Assembly (NCBI RefSeq): GCF_964204865.1
Contig: NC_135264.1
Coordinates: forward strand, 7,068,001-7,132,000
Length of the DNA stretch: 64,000 bases
From: Styela clava
Lineage: Eukaryota
Direction: 5' to 3'
Shown here: piece by piece, positions 12,113 through 25,000 of the stretch
Position numbering within the stretch: the stretch's first letter is position 1
How the letters are laid out: every line of letters begins with the position of its first letter
Position numbers and translations under genes: made by a program
The notes under the pieces: model-generated
The model's input: the letters and a program-made list of their open reading frames with translations, nothing else
Told to the model about the DNA's origin: nothing
Databases searched by the model: none

Positions 12113-15100
12113 ATGTCCCAACTGGTTATTCAGAACGACATGACGGTAAGAAGATTTGTATTTTATATTGTGAATACGAGGGCTAATGTTAGGCTACGTC
12201 TCCTTCGCGCTTTAGACGTGTTTAGGCGTAGGCTGTTTTTGTCAATTTTGTGTTCAGGTAGGGTATGCTTAGTTTTATCAGCGTAACGCATATCTTTAGG
12301 CTAGATTTCAAAGTGATTGGTGCAATTTGTTGGAGCCGAGACAAAATTTGATAAAGGAAACATTTTAGGTTATCGAGCATATAACTATTCTATATTCAAG
12401 TGGCTAATAGCAAGAAGCCTTGTTTTGAAAGTCAGGAAAAATTACACTTTTGAAGATTGGAGATGTTTGATAATACTGCCCAGAAACACTATTTCAGCTA
12501 AATTTCAAAATTTTGTCAGTGGCACATTTCACATGTGATGTACCACAATTAATTCATTTTCTTCCGACCTTCAGAACGTATTTTCAAACAACGACAGTGC
12601 TTTAAGTGCAATCGCTGCTTTTGCTAGCCAATCATCAACGTTGGACGGGCAAGATCATCATGCACAGCATACTGCGGCAGCTCAAAATGTCTATGTTCAT
12701 ACTAGTAGCCCCAACACGGGTGACCCGGCCGTTACAACTCACAGTCCTTACACCCCAGGACCCCCATTTGAGTATCAAATGCCACAAGAAAAAATGGTAC
12801 TTCCCGTGAAGTAAGTGTTTTTCAGTTATAGATAAATCAATATTTAATTTCATTGATCTTAATCAGAAGTTAAAATTTTTAAGTTTAACACTGACCTTTT
12901 TTGTTGGCAGCGATTACCCAGGCGATTATGGATTTGAAATATATTTTGGAGAGAAGACACCATCCGCTCCAAAAAATGCACAATATACGGTAAATATCTT
13001 TCTGTATTGTATGGATTGTTATTTAATATTGAAATCCATATTTTAATTTCAATTTTATCTTAAAATTTGACGTAATGTTTCAAGTGATAGACAAATTTTT
13101 GTATATTTTAGCTGGCATTAGTTCTCAGCTGATAAAAATTTCCTTGAAAAATTTCAAATAATATATTACGGTCTCATGTTTTTATATCTATAATCACGGG
13201 GCCACAAAACTCTAAAATGCTCTAATTTGCTATATTTTTTCATACAGCATTCTTCAATTCTCAATAAACTATTTGTAAAAATGAACGTTACCTGCCCAAT
13301 ACATTTCAAGTGTAATGTTCCTCCTCCTCAAGGATGTATTATTAAAGCAACACCGATATTTAAACGAGCGCAACATATCAAAGACATTGTAACGAGATGC
13401 CCGAACCATAAAATCACAGATACAGGTTCGTTCAATTTTGATTGCATCTTCGCAAAACGATCAGTAGGTTATTTATTGGATTCGCTAGGTAGATATCTCC
13501 GGTTTTTAAAATCCTGGTTGAAACTTCTCTTTGTAATCAAACCCTGTTCAATTACACATTATCTATTGAAAACTAATAAATGTTTAACCGGTGAAAGAAT
13601 GACTGGAACAATTTCTAAATTGTAGTAGAATTGCTAGTAATACACGACAAAGATTACATGTATTTTGTTCTGATGGAATTTCAATATGAAGAATAAAATT
13701 CTTGTTCAAGTGTAATGAATGATATTTAAGATCATGTGTAATCGGGACTTATTTGCACTCCAATATCCGTGACTTTTCCAACTTCAAGTCCCAAATATTT
13801 TATCTTGTTGATACAATAAACTACAATCTGACAACGACTGTTTTCAGTTGAAAACAACCTTTAACCTTCACAGAGTTTAAAATGCCAAGTCATGTCCCCC
13901 ACAAAGCAATATTTTCCAACTATACAAACAATGTTCTTTACGCTTTTCAAGTAAGCAAACAGTCGTTGTCATTGATAGCTTTAATATTAGAAATTGTCTG
14001 GCAACGGCAATTTGTGTTTGATGGGATGGTTTGCAAGTGTTTGCAGCGACTCAGCCAACAACAAAAATATTGTAATACTGTATTTCAAAACTACAAATTT
14101 TAAATTTCAATATTGGCTACTTGGATTAATTTAATATATTCATGTTTTCAGGAACTCCAAATCATATTCCCGTGAACCATTTAATACGCGTAGAAATGCC
14201 TACCGGTCGCCATAATGTGCAGTATAACTACGGTGCAGATGGAAGAGAGAGTGTATCAGTATTATATGAAAATCCACAGGTATGTCAATAATTTATCAAT
14301 TTTTTACATACAAATCGGTAGATCGTAGATTGTGTGGTTTCTTAAAAAAATAAATATTTGGTACATCATGAAAATTATTAAACAATCTGGATTAAAATAT
14401 ATATTTTGTAGCAAAATCAAACGTCAAAAAATCAAAATTGTTTTGCGCAATGGACAAATAATTCAGTCTATTTATAAAAGAAATAACAACTGTATATCAT
14501 AAATGCATGATTTCCAAACTAAACCATGTTTTGGTGTCTTACTTGAGCATTTGAATTTTACGTGTTTTTTGTCGCTATACTGTCGAATTTTTCTCGCCCT
14601 CTTCTATATATTTAGTGCAATGTGGTCTCAGAGAAACGTATTTTGTTATTCACACAAATATACAGTAATATGCTATGTTTATATTTCAAGGTTGGAACAG
14701 AATACAGCACAGTATTATTCAAATTTATGTGTTTGTCAAGTTGTGTGGGCGGAATAAACAGAAGACCTCTTATGTTGGTGTTTACGTTTGAGAATATGGA
14801 GTGAGTTGATGCTACCGTTGCTTTTCTTGTGTATACAAAATTTTTGAAATGTTTATTTTAACAAATTTGAATTGTCCAATAAAATTTCAATTTAGATGAT
14901 TGGATAACTGGACAATTTATTAATTTTAGTTGTTTTTCCCTGTGTTTGAAATGTTTTGAGAAGTTCTTAAGTTGTGGTTAGAACTATATTGTTCTTTAAT
15001 CAATTATTTAGTAATTTTTGATTCGTTTTTTTATTGATTATCAAACTATTTTCACAGAGGTCAAGTTTTAGGCAGAAGGGCTGTGGAAATGCGTGTTTGT

Positions 15101-15235
15101 TCATGTCCCGGAAGAGATCGTGCCCAAGAAGAAAAGCGTGTCATGAGGAGAGACACTCTCACTCATGGACAATGCAAAAGAGAGGAACAGAATTGTGATA
15201 TTCCAGAAATTCGCGAACGAAGTGAGTACATATCG

Positions 15236-15272
<37 letters not shown>

Positions 15273-16709
15273 GAGAGAGAGAGAGCGAAAATGTCAATTT
15301 ATTTCAATTTTTTTTATAAAAATCGGACAAAAAATAGGAACACGTCGGATCTTTACCTATATAAAATTAAAATTGTTGGTTTAAATTGACCGAACAGATA
15401 CGCACGATCAACAAATTAATCCAGTCCGTGACTACGCCAATACATGTTCCACCGAAAATTTCCAGTAGATCCAGAAAACTGTCTGATCGTAATGTCAAGT
15501 CCAAATTATCCGAATTACATTTATTACACTTACAAAACGGTAAAAACAAAACTCGTTGTGGGCATACTCTTTCATATTTTTGTTCATTTCAGATACAGAA
15601 ACAGTTGTTTCACCAGTTTCAAGCTTACTCGGAAAACGAAGAAGACAAAATGGAGATCCGGAATCGGAAGAATATTTTTTAAAGGTTTGTTTCTTTGTTA
15701 TATAACAATAGCGTCCTGATGCATTATCTTAAAAACACTGATTTTTATTTAATCTTGGGCACTCGCGCCACTAATCTTGGGCACTTAATATGACTGTTGA
15801 CAATGTTACATCTTTGGTAAATATACTTTGTATTCTATTTATGTGTCTATTTATTTTGTTGTAGATTCGTGGGAGAGAAAAGTACGACATCTTGAAGCGA
15901 GTTAAGGAAGCTCTTGACTTAATGGAATACGTAGCTCCCCGACAACAAGAATTATATAGAATTCACGAACGAGAAGAAGGCAACAGACTCGTGAGACAGT
16001 AAGTGGATTTTAGATAACATTGTTCGATTGATATTGCACTTGACTGTAACTCTCAATAATGCTGAAACTTTTTCCACATCGAATTTAAAAACTTTATATA
16101 CAATTGAGTAAATAATTCTCGTTAATTTGGGAATACAAAAACGGATTTCAAACGCAATTTCTATGCAAAGTAAGAACTTTGCTCGGGTCGATTTCAGATT
16201 TCTCCTTTGGCTATAAGATGCCCGCTTGAATAATAACCCCCAAAACGCCATCTACAGTATATATATATATATAGGGTACAGGATAAAAATAAATGTAAAT
16301 AAAAATCTCTATTTCGCACAATATTAGTCTAAGTTATTCATTTATGTAGCTCCAGCAGAACTATAGTTGTCATATTGATAAGAGTAGCGACAGTATCAAT
16401 ATTTGCTGCAAGACACAGTCAATGCAACAATGCATTCATTTGTCGTGTTGGCATCTGTTCGAAAAATAGCTCATTTAAACCTTTGTTACTATCTGTTGGA
16501 CTATGTTGGATTAAACTTACATTTTCTCATTTCTTGTTTTTATATAAAGTGTTGCCCAATACAAATCTATATTATTTTTTTTCAGAATAGCAACGAGATT
16601 TTTGAAGCGAGAACATGATCAACATTTAAATAAAGGGACAATACTGCAATCCAAACTAATCAATAATAATAGCAGTGGCGGGGGTCACTCATCGAATTTC
16701 AAATTTTGA
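12113..16709 (+). CDS. p53/p73: p53/p63/p73-family transcription factor (DNA-binding and oligomerisation domains; no SAM), about 425 aa
   Basis: Exons 12113-12145, 12575-12810, 12911-12989, 13248-13425, 14152-14279, 14691-14800, 15058-15221, 15593-15684, 15865-15998, 16586-16709 (1278 nt). Motifs [50 protein letters not shown]-like KRRR and tetramerisation segment [27 protein letters not shown]. First and last exons are less certain than the core. Confidence 0.92.
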
Positions 16710-17610
16710 ATCGTATTCCAAGAACACATTGTAATCATCCTGTTTTGAAAAAAAATATAATTAAAATTAATATTTTTCACCGCTCCGATATGTATATATA
16801 TATCGCTTTTGTACGTTGTCTATTTCTTAGTTTTTGATAATATATATTTTTTTGAAATATCAGATATTTTTAAATAAAAAATGGCAATCAGTACTATACA
16901 TCTGTGACAATTTTGAGATATATTATTTTTTCAGTATTTTTGTTGAAAAAGGTATATTTTCTGAAATATTTGAATACATTATATGTGTGATTTATGAATT
17001 TTAATTTGTTTATTGCTTTTACAAAACTTAAATGTTTGATGGGTCGTTTATATATCAGAAAGTATATGATAATGTTATAGACGTGTTTGGGCAATATGTT
17101 ATTATATTAATGAATGATTTTTGCTGCATATTACATATTAGGATTAATGCAAATAAATAATATATCATATATATAGTAGCGTTCCGCAGTTTTGCTTTCA
17201 CTGGCGATTAAAAGTCTCTGTCAGAATTAATGCAATTCAATCGATGTTTCCACGATAGTTTACCATGGTAAAATTTCTCATATTTATTACCTGTGCACCT
17301 TACCTTGAGTTCTAGTGAGTCTAGTAAAGTTACTATTTCAAGTTAATTATCTCACTTCGAGTTCTAGTCGGTCTAGGTCCTAGTAACTATTTCAAGTTCA
17401 CCACCTTACCTCGAGTTTTAGTCAGTCTAGTATCTATTTCAAGTCTACCACCTTACCTCGAGTATGGCAAGTATTTCAAGTATATCACCTTACCTCCAGT
17501 TCTAGTCAGTCTAGTTGCTAACTCAAGTCTTTCACCCTACCTCGAGTTCTAGTCAGTCCAGTAACTATTTCAAATCTACCACCTTTTCTCGAGTTCTAGT
17601 CAGTCTAGTA

Positions 17611-18449
17611 CAGGTATCACCAACCCGTTGCCCACGGGCACCAATTCGCCCGTGAAGACCGCATGAGTCGCCCGCAGGTCTTATCCGAAATAAGCTTAAT
17701 AACGGCGCTTATTAGTAAGCCACATCAATTAATTTTTGTCATGCTATTCTTGTATAAATCACATATATGTCTGCATGAGGGAACTGGAAATGACACTATC
17801 TTAGTTATTGTAACGATCATCCTGATTTGTATTTGACCTCGGTAATGTAAATCTCCGTGAATCAACATTTTCTGACATGAACTTCACCAAGATTAAACAC
17901 GGAACACGCCTCACTGATGAAGATCTGCAAGATTCGCTCAGAGTTGCAGTGACAAATTACACGCCAGAGTACAACACACTGGTGAAGAATATGAAATGCC
18001 AAGTTTCCCACTAACTGACGAGGAAATAGACCAGATTTGTTTGATTTTGGTTTTCTCCTGGTTGCAAATAAGATATTCATAATTTGTTGAAAGTGTTTGT
18101 AAAATGTAACATTTGATAGTACAACTGTTAAGTCCATTTTATCTTAGGCTTGTGCAGGGTGTTTGTGAAAAATGTAGGTACATTGGGGTTTCCTGGTATA
18201 TTACAGTAGTGATCATTTCAGAATCAATTTGAAAAACACTCAGTTTAAAAATGTAAGTATCATTAATATTAATTCATTTGCTATGTTGTAATAATCGTTT
18301 ATAATTTCCTAAAAAATCTTTGACTTTATCTGTGTCTATATTTGACTAAATACCAGTAATTATCAATAGTTGGGCTTAATCGAGCAAATTGAATTTTGTG
18401 TGTGCATTGAACTGGTAGCCCTCGGCTTCGGAAAGGTTGGTGACCCCTG
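17611..18449 (+). mobile_element. Non-autonomous hAT (Charlie/Buster-type) element with transposase C-terminal remnant
   Basis: Ends CAGGTATCACCAACC / GGTTGGTGACCCCTG; 8-bp TSD GTCTAGTA / GTATAGTA. 17859-18014 translates ESTFSDMNFTKIKHGTRLTDEDLQDSLRVAVTNYTPEYNTLVKNMKCQVSH*. Confidence 0.9.
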
Positions 18450-19657
18450 GTATAGTAACTATTTCAAGTCTACCACCTTACCTCGAGTTCTAGTAACTAT
18501 TCCAAGTCTACCACCTTATCTCGAGTTCTAGTCAGTCCAGTAACTATTTCAAATCTATCACCTTTTCTTAAGTTATATTCAGCCTAGTAACTATTCCAAG
18601 TCTACCACCTTACCTTGAGTTCTAGTAACTATTTCAAGTCTACCACCTTTTCTCGAGTTCTAGTCAGTCCAGTAACTATTTCAAGTCTACCACCTTACCT
18701 CGAGTTCTAGTCATTCTAGTAACTATTTCAAATCTACCACCTCACCTCGAGTATTAGTCAGTCTAGTAACTATTTCAAGTCTACCACCTTACCTCGAGTT
18801 CTAGTCATTCTAGTAACTATTTCAAATCTACCACCTCACCTCGAGTATTAGTCAGTCTAGTAACTATTTCAAGTCTACCACCTTACCTCGAGTATTAGTC
18901 AGTCTAGTAATTATTTCAAGTCTATCACCTTACCTCGAGTTCTAGTCATTCTAGTAACTATTTCAAATCTACCACCTCACCTCGAGTATTAGTCAGTCCA
19001 GTAACTATTTCAAGTCTACCACCTTTTCTTGAGTTCTAGTCAGTCCAGTAACTATTTCAAGTCTACCACCTTATCGTGAGTTCTAGTCAGTCCAGTAGCT
19101 ATTTCAAGTCTACCACCTCATCGTGAGTTCTAGTAACTATTTCAAATGTACCACCTTTTTTCGAGTTCTAGTCAGTTCAGTAACTATTTCGAGTCTACCA
19201 CCTTACCTCGAACTAGTCAGTCTAGTAACTATTTCAAATCTACCACCTTTTCTCTCGAGTTCTAGTCAGTCTAGTAACTATTTCAAATCTACCATTTTCT
19301 CTCGAGTTCTACTCAGTCTAGTAACTATTCCAAGTCTACTACCTTACCTCGAGTTCTAGTTAGTCTAGTAACTATTTCAAATCTACCACCTTACCTCCAG
19401 TTTAAGTCAGTCTAGTAACTATTTCAAGTCTACCACCTTACCTCGAGTTCTAGTTGGTCTAGTAGCCTAATTATTTCAAGTCTACCACCTTACTTCAAGT
19501 TCTAGTTAGTCTAGTAACTATCTCAAATCTACCACCTTACCTCCAGTTCTAGTAAGTCTAGTAACTATTTCAAGTGTATCAGCTTAACTTCAGTCCTAGT
19601 CAACCTAGTTGGTAATTCAAGTCTACCACCTTACCTCGAGTTCTAGTTATTCTAGTG

Positions 19658-20181
19658 CAGCGTTTCCCAAACTGTGTTCCGCGGAACACTAGTGTACCCA
19701 AGAGTCTTCCGAGTGTTCCGGGGAAAAAATCTAAATACATTTAAATTGGTCGCCATGGCGATCTAGGGATCGTGAAGTTGTTGCTCAACATCGAGTCACA
19801 GTCGACCCAAAGCGGACTAACTATAGTAGTTGCATTTTCGTAATTCAGTAACCGTCGGCCCAGCTTATTGGTTGTTAGTTCATTATCAAGTTTACAGCAA
19901 TCCTTTTGGTTTTGCCATAGGCAAAAAGTATGTCTAAACTTTAAAGAATGAAGGCAAAAGGTCAACTCTTCTTCCTCCATCTCTCCCTGGTTTTACTTTG
20001 AAATGCTGAACAAGTTACTCATGTTCGCTAAACTCGATTCAGCAGGTAAATAAACTGCAGGTCTGCAGTTAATTGCGGCAGGTACTTCTCTATCTCCATT
20101 AGACTAACATTACAGGCAAACAGGTGTTCCGCGAGGCGAGATAAAAAGTGTTTCGTGGCCGAAAAAGTTTGGGAAACGCTG
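19658..20181. mobile_element. hAT (Charlie-type) MITE
   Basis: Perfect 16-bp TIR CAGCGTTTCCCAAACT; TSD-like TTCTAGTG / AACTAGTG; interrupts a minisatellite unit. Confidence 0.88.
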
Positions 20182-22027
20182 AACTAGTGACTATATCAAG
20201 TCCACCACCTCACCTCGAGTTTTAGTTAGTCTAGTAACTATTTCAAGTCTACCACCTTACCTCGAGTTCTAGCCAGTCTAGATACTACTAAACTATTTCA
20301 AATCTACCACTTTACCTCCAGTTCTAGTCAGTCTATTAACTATTTCAAGTCTATCACCTTACCTCCAGTTTTGGTCAGTCTAGTACTTTTTTGAAGTCCA
20401 TCACTTTACTTCCGAGTTCTAGTCAATGCAGTGACTATTCCAAGCCCATTACCTTACCGTGGGTCTGTGAGTTCTAGTCAGTCCAGTCACTTCTAATTTA
20501 GTGGAAAGTAGAAAGCCCCTTTGGAAAAAGATTCTGGTTATTTAGATCAGATCATTAGTATCTGAAATCTATATGTGACAGCTTAGAGAATCATGTTCTA
20601 ACCAGTGGTGAGAAGAGAAAATTAAGAAAATAATTCGTTTTAAATCTTTTAAAACCCTAATTTGGTAAAGATGAAATGAAGAAGTTGTAGTAAGTAGGCT
20701 GTGTCCAATAGTTCTGAAGCTGCCAGATTTTAAAAGAAATTGAGCTAAATGTTTTACCTTAAAATATTATCTGGTATATATATTCATTAGATACCGTCAC
20801 TACCTTTTATTTTTTCATTTTAGTTTTTGCAATTGCAGCCAAGCGACAAATTTGAATCTTAAACCATGATATTTTACAAAAATAGTCGGTGTTTATTTGT
20901 TCATTTTTTTTTAATTTTATCAAAAACACTAATTTTGCTACGAAAATTTTGAAATAGGTCAAACACGCTCACGTGTTGCCAATAACAAAATTTTCTCGAT
21001 AATCAGAAATGAAAATGGATAAAAGTGGGAAAATTGAAAAAAGTATCAATAAATAGAGGAATACGAAGAGTACAAGGTGCCATGATATACAGCAAAAATC
21101 TTAGATGAACAGCAATATTTATAAAACGTATTTATTCGGACGAGTTGTAATTCGGAATTTGAATACAATAACTGAGTAAAATGCAACAAAACAAGGTTAA
21201 TGAAGAAGTGCAAGCTATGGATAGACCTTCTGCTTCACTGTGACACTCAAAACTTGAAGGTCACACAACACTTTTAAACGTCTATTTTGTCTAAACGTCT
21301 ATAAATTTCTTAAAGCAATGCAACGTGTATCCATATGCAAAAGGGGAAAGATTGTTACGATAGGAGACTACATTGACGTGCATAAATCACCGTAATAAAA
21401 ATGTGATTTTTCTGTGTGTGCAATGTTTGAATATTGTATACAATATAATGTTTGTTCATATTGTTGCCATACAGAAATTTTCTAATAAAAACATGTGTGA
21501 TGTTTAGTTATTCGCAATATTTCGCAATGATTTTATAATTATAATAATCGCTCCATTTACAGATCAAGTTAGTTATGGCGCTACGAGTCACTTTAACGAG
21601 ATAAAGCTAGATAAAATCAAGTGGCATAATTTTCAACATTTTCAAAATTTGGGATAAACGCAAATCAACAGCATCCGGGAAAACACTTTGATTTTAGACT
21701 AGTAAAGTTTGACAGCGGTCGGTCTAGTGGTTGGAAAGTCAACAACCGCCGCCATTCCTACCCCAACAACAACAACCGAAAGTTCTCTCGTGTTAAAATT
21801 GTTTGTATTCTAGATTTTAGCATAAGTCCGACTTTGCCCAACACTCCTGAAAACAATCCTGGAAGAAAAACAAGTCCATGCAATTTTATATAATTGGCAG
21901 GAATTACATGTGCTGTTTCACGATAGAAACTGTTGGACCACGCGGGTATCATACAGATCCGATTGATTTGCTCCATATAACATATGAATGGATATTTCCA
22001 TATTTTGATCATTTCATGTCCCACCTA

Positions 22028-25000
22028 TCAGGATATAGGACAGCAAGTTTTTCGTATACTCCTCTCCTTTTCCGGTGGGTTGAGAATAATGTAAATGCTT
22101 TCATCAAAAACGTCCTTAATCCCGACCATTGTCAAAGCTGAACATTCTCGGTAACCCGCTGCTCCGAGTTTTTTGGCTATTTTTTGTCCGATTTCTTTAG
22201 ATATAACCTTTTGCTTTCTTGAGTGAAGATCTTGTAATACTTTCGGATCATCTCTCAAGTCAATTTGGGTTCCAACCTGTTAACAGAACAAAATAAATAT
22301 TGGTCGTCTGGTCTGACTGAGCCAATGGCCCTTGGTATCGTCGACACGCATTTGGGCGAATTTTCTTATTCTCAGTACTACTGGTTACCTTGTTTCGGAC
22401 AAAAACAGGTCTATTGCATTTTGCCAATCTGTTTTATTTATAGTTCAATGCATCGCTTAAGTTACCAGGCATTCACGAAAATAAAATTAAAAGTCCAATT
22501 TCATACAAAGAATAAATTAGGCTTAAGTCAAGAATTGGGAATATTTGACACTACTTGTGATAGTTTAGCGGCGTCCATGATATTCTTCAAGCAATAATCC
22601 ACAGAATCTTTCAGCAAATACACTGACGTAGCGACGTTTTTCAAAATGTAAAGATAACGGCACTTGTGTACCAAGCGAATGAATGATGGCCTAGCTAAAA
22701 GACTAAAAATGATGGCTAAAAATGATAGCTAGACCTAATGATAGTGGAAAAGCGGAATGATTAATCATGAACAATGTTTTGCTTTAACTATTGGCATTAC
22801 AATGCCTTGCTGTGTACGTGCTCATGAGTTTGACCCAATCAAATTGAAAAGCGGTGAAATTGACTTCCGTTCGATTGTAGCAAGAAATTTCAACAATAGG
22901 TCGTTCGAACCTTGCAAAAGAGTACATGAACCCTGCAAAACCTTCGTATATTTGCTGTAGGGATATATAACCTTTCTTGAAACCAATAAAACCGACCAGG
23001 TCCCAGGGGTACTGCATAATATACGTAGATTTGTAATTGAGTTAGGCCTAGTCAGTCAGCGAGTCTATATTGCGCGCGTGAATTTGTGAGAAGCGTTTGT
23101 AGAGCTGCCAAGAGCGGAAGCTGGTAAAGGCCAAGTGTACGGTCCCATAGAATGAACTAGGAATCGTCAATGCAATAATATTCAAACACATAAAAAGGTA
23201 GGCGAAAATCACTGACCAAATTTTTGTCTTATAAGCACGGGATTTTGTACTGACAATAATATCAACTGAGCACTGGCCTTGTAATCTGCAGGTTAAAAAA
23301 TATAGATGGGACTTACCAATAAAAACGGTACATTAGATTTCGTTGCGTGCAATTCTGGAATCCATGTTTCTTTAACATTGTTGTAAGATGATGGTACGAC
23401 TACAGAAAAACAAACTAAAAATATATCTGCTTTGTTGTAAGAAAGAGGTCGCAAACGATCGTAATCCTCTTGTCCAGCTGTGTCCACAAGTTCCAGAATA
23501 TATGGAGTTCCATTGACAGTGATATTAGCTGTAGAAAAACATAAATGACAAATGAACTACGAATGCCGTTAAAAAATGTAGTGTCACTCTTTTGCCTCAA
23601 AATTATGAAGTAAAGTATCCACCTTTTTTGCTATAGCATGGCTTGACGACATTGTTGTTTTGCTACCATATATAAGAAAATTTATTCTCTGTTTCTACAA
23701 TTTTATCAATCAATGTCTGGTGATATATGCACATATATGTAAAAAAGTCGACAGCCAGTCTAACGACGGCGGTAGCTTCTCTCTGTATGGATAACAAAAA
23801 AAATATGGACACGAAAATATGTCAAGCAACCATAATTGCATTACAAGTTCACTTGCACATCATGAAGCAAAATTTATGCATGCAAAAATTAAGCTCTACC
23901 ACTGAAGCTGACATTTAAATTATAAGCGAACTTATATAGAGCGTGACATGATCAAACACAAAGTGCGCTGATGCATTTGAAGTAAATAGCTGACTCTAAA
24001 ATATAACATCATTAACATATTGTACTAAATTTGTTTGCGAAAGTTGGGTATCGTTTTCCACCAATACGGCAAGAATGTTGAAAATCCGAATAATATCGAG
24101 AAACAAGCCATAATTTGGGACGATAAAATACACCGATTAATCCTAAACATCATAGATTCATTAGGCTTAATAAATGTAATACTTCAACAAAGTCCCTACA
24201 AGATGCTGGACAAATTGTCTCTTTCAAACTCAAACACCTCAGACCCAAAACATGTCAATGTAATTTTAGAATAATACATGTATAGTAAAAATAAAATCAA
24301 TAATCATAACACAGTCTACGTTACTGGGCTAGGAAATAGCGCGTCATCTTATTTATTACATGTACAACAAAGGAATTCCCACGTGCTTTGCTACCATATT
24401 TGGTCAGTTGCTTCATTGTAATAAATTTCAACGTGGGCAGACATTGGCTCGTCGTATGTCGTCATTCTTACAAGGTTTGTGAATGACATTGTCATATTTG
24501 TGCAATGAAACCTGACAAAACATTGCGATAAAATGGCATATACTATAAGTTAATAGTTTTTAATGCCATGACAAATTCGAAATCAAATGATTAAATTGTA
24601 TTAACCTTTTTATATTGCTGTGGCACTTGCTTGTTTTTAAATATTTATGTTTGTACATCTTTGCAATGATGTTGTCTTACACAATGGCCGAAGTTATAGC
24701 TCTGGGTTGAACAATGAAAAAGACCAATTACCGACAACGAAATTCATAGCCAGCAAGATGCGACCACGGTTACACCAACGCACTAACGATTAGACCATGC
24801 TGCCCCCATTCAGTAGCGTTTAATTGAAAAAATACTGACGATTAGGAAATACATCGCTGAGCTGTGGTGCACACGCACAATAAGGTTTATTATTATTAGT
24901 TTGTGTGATCATATCTTGGCAGTTTTACATATAGGTTTGTATTATGACATCACACCGGAATTTAGCACTCATATGTAATCGCTGGCGTTTCACATTATTC

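Larger units (their letters stand above)
17295..20490. repeat. 47-bp minisatellite (about 40 units, with 38-bp variants) interrupted by two hAT elements
   Basis: Unit TAGTAACTATTTCAAGTCTACCACCTTACCTCGAGTTCTAGTCAGTC in three blocks (about 17295-17610, 18450-19657, 20182-20490). A 94-bp dimeric higher-order repeat is seen at about 18672-18859. Confidence 0.95.

Noticed and set aside
15398-15539. Extra p53-family exon bounded by CAG and GTAAAA
   Set aside because: Phase is incompatible with exon 7 (TAG within about 70 nt), while exon 7 joins exon 8 cleanly. A poison exon cannot be excluded without RNA data.
511-16709. Tunicate-style operon of ERGIC1, cyclophilin and the p53-family gene
   Set aside because: Same strand, but separated by kilobase gaps with their own AATAAA signals and promoter-like sequence.
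17295-20490. CRISPR-like array or coding repeat (ORF 19123-19359)
   Set aside because: Units are contiguous with no unique spacers, the context is eukaryotic with no cas genes, and the ORF is a chance read-through of the satellite.
24780-24807. tRNA gene
   Set aside because: Only an A-box-like head; no cloverleaf or T-arm consensus, so treated as a SINE remnant.
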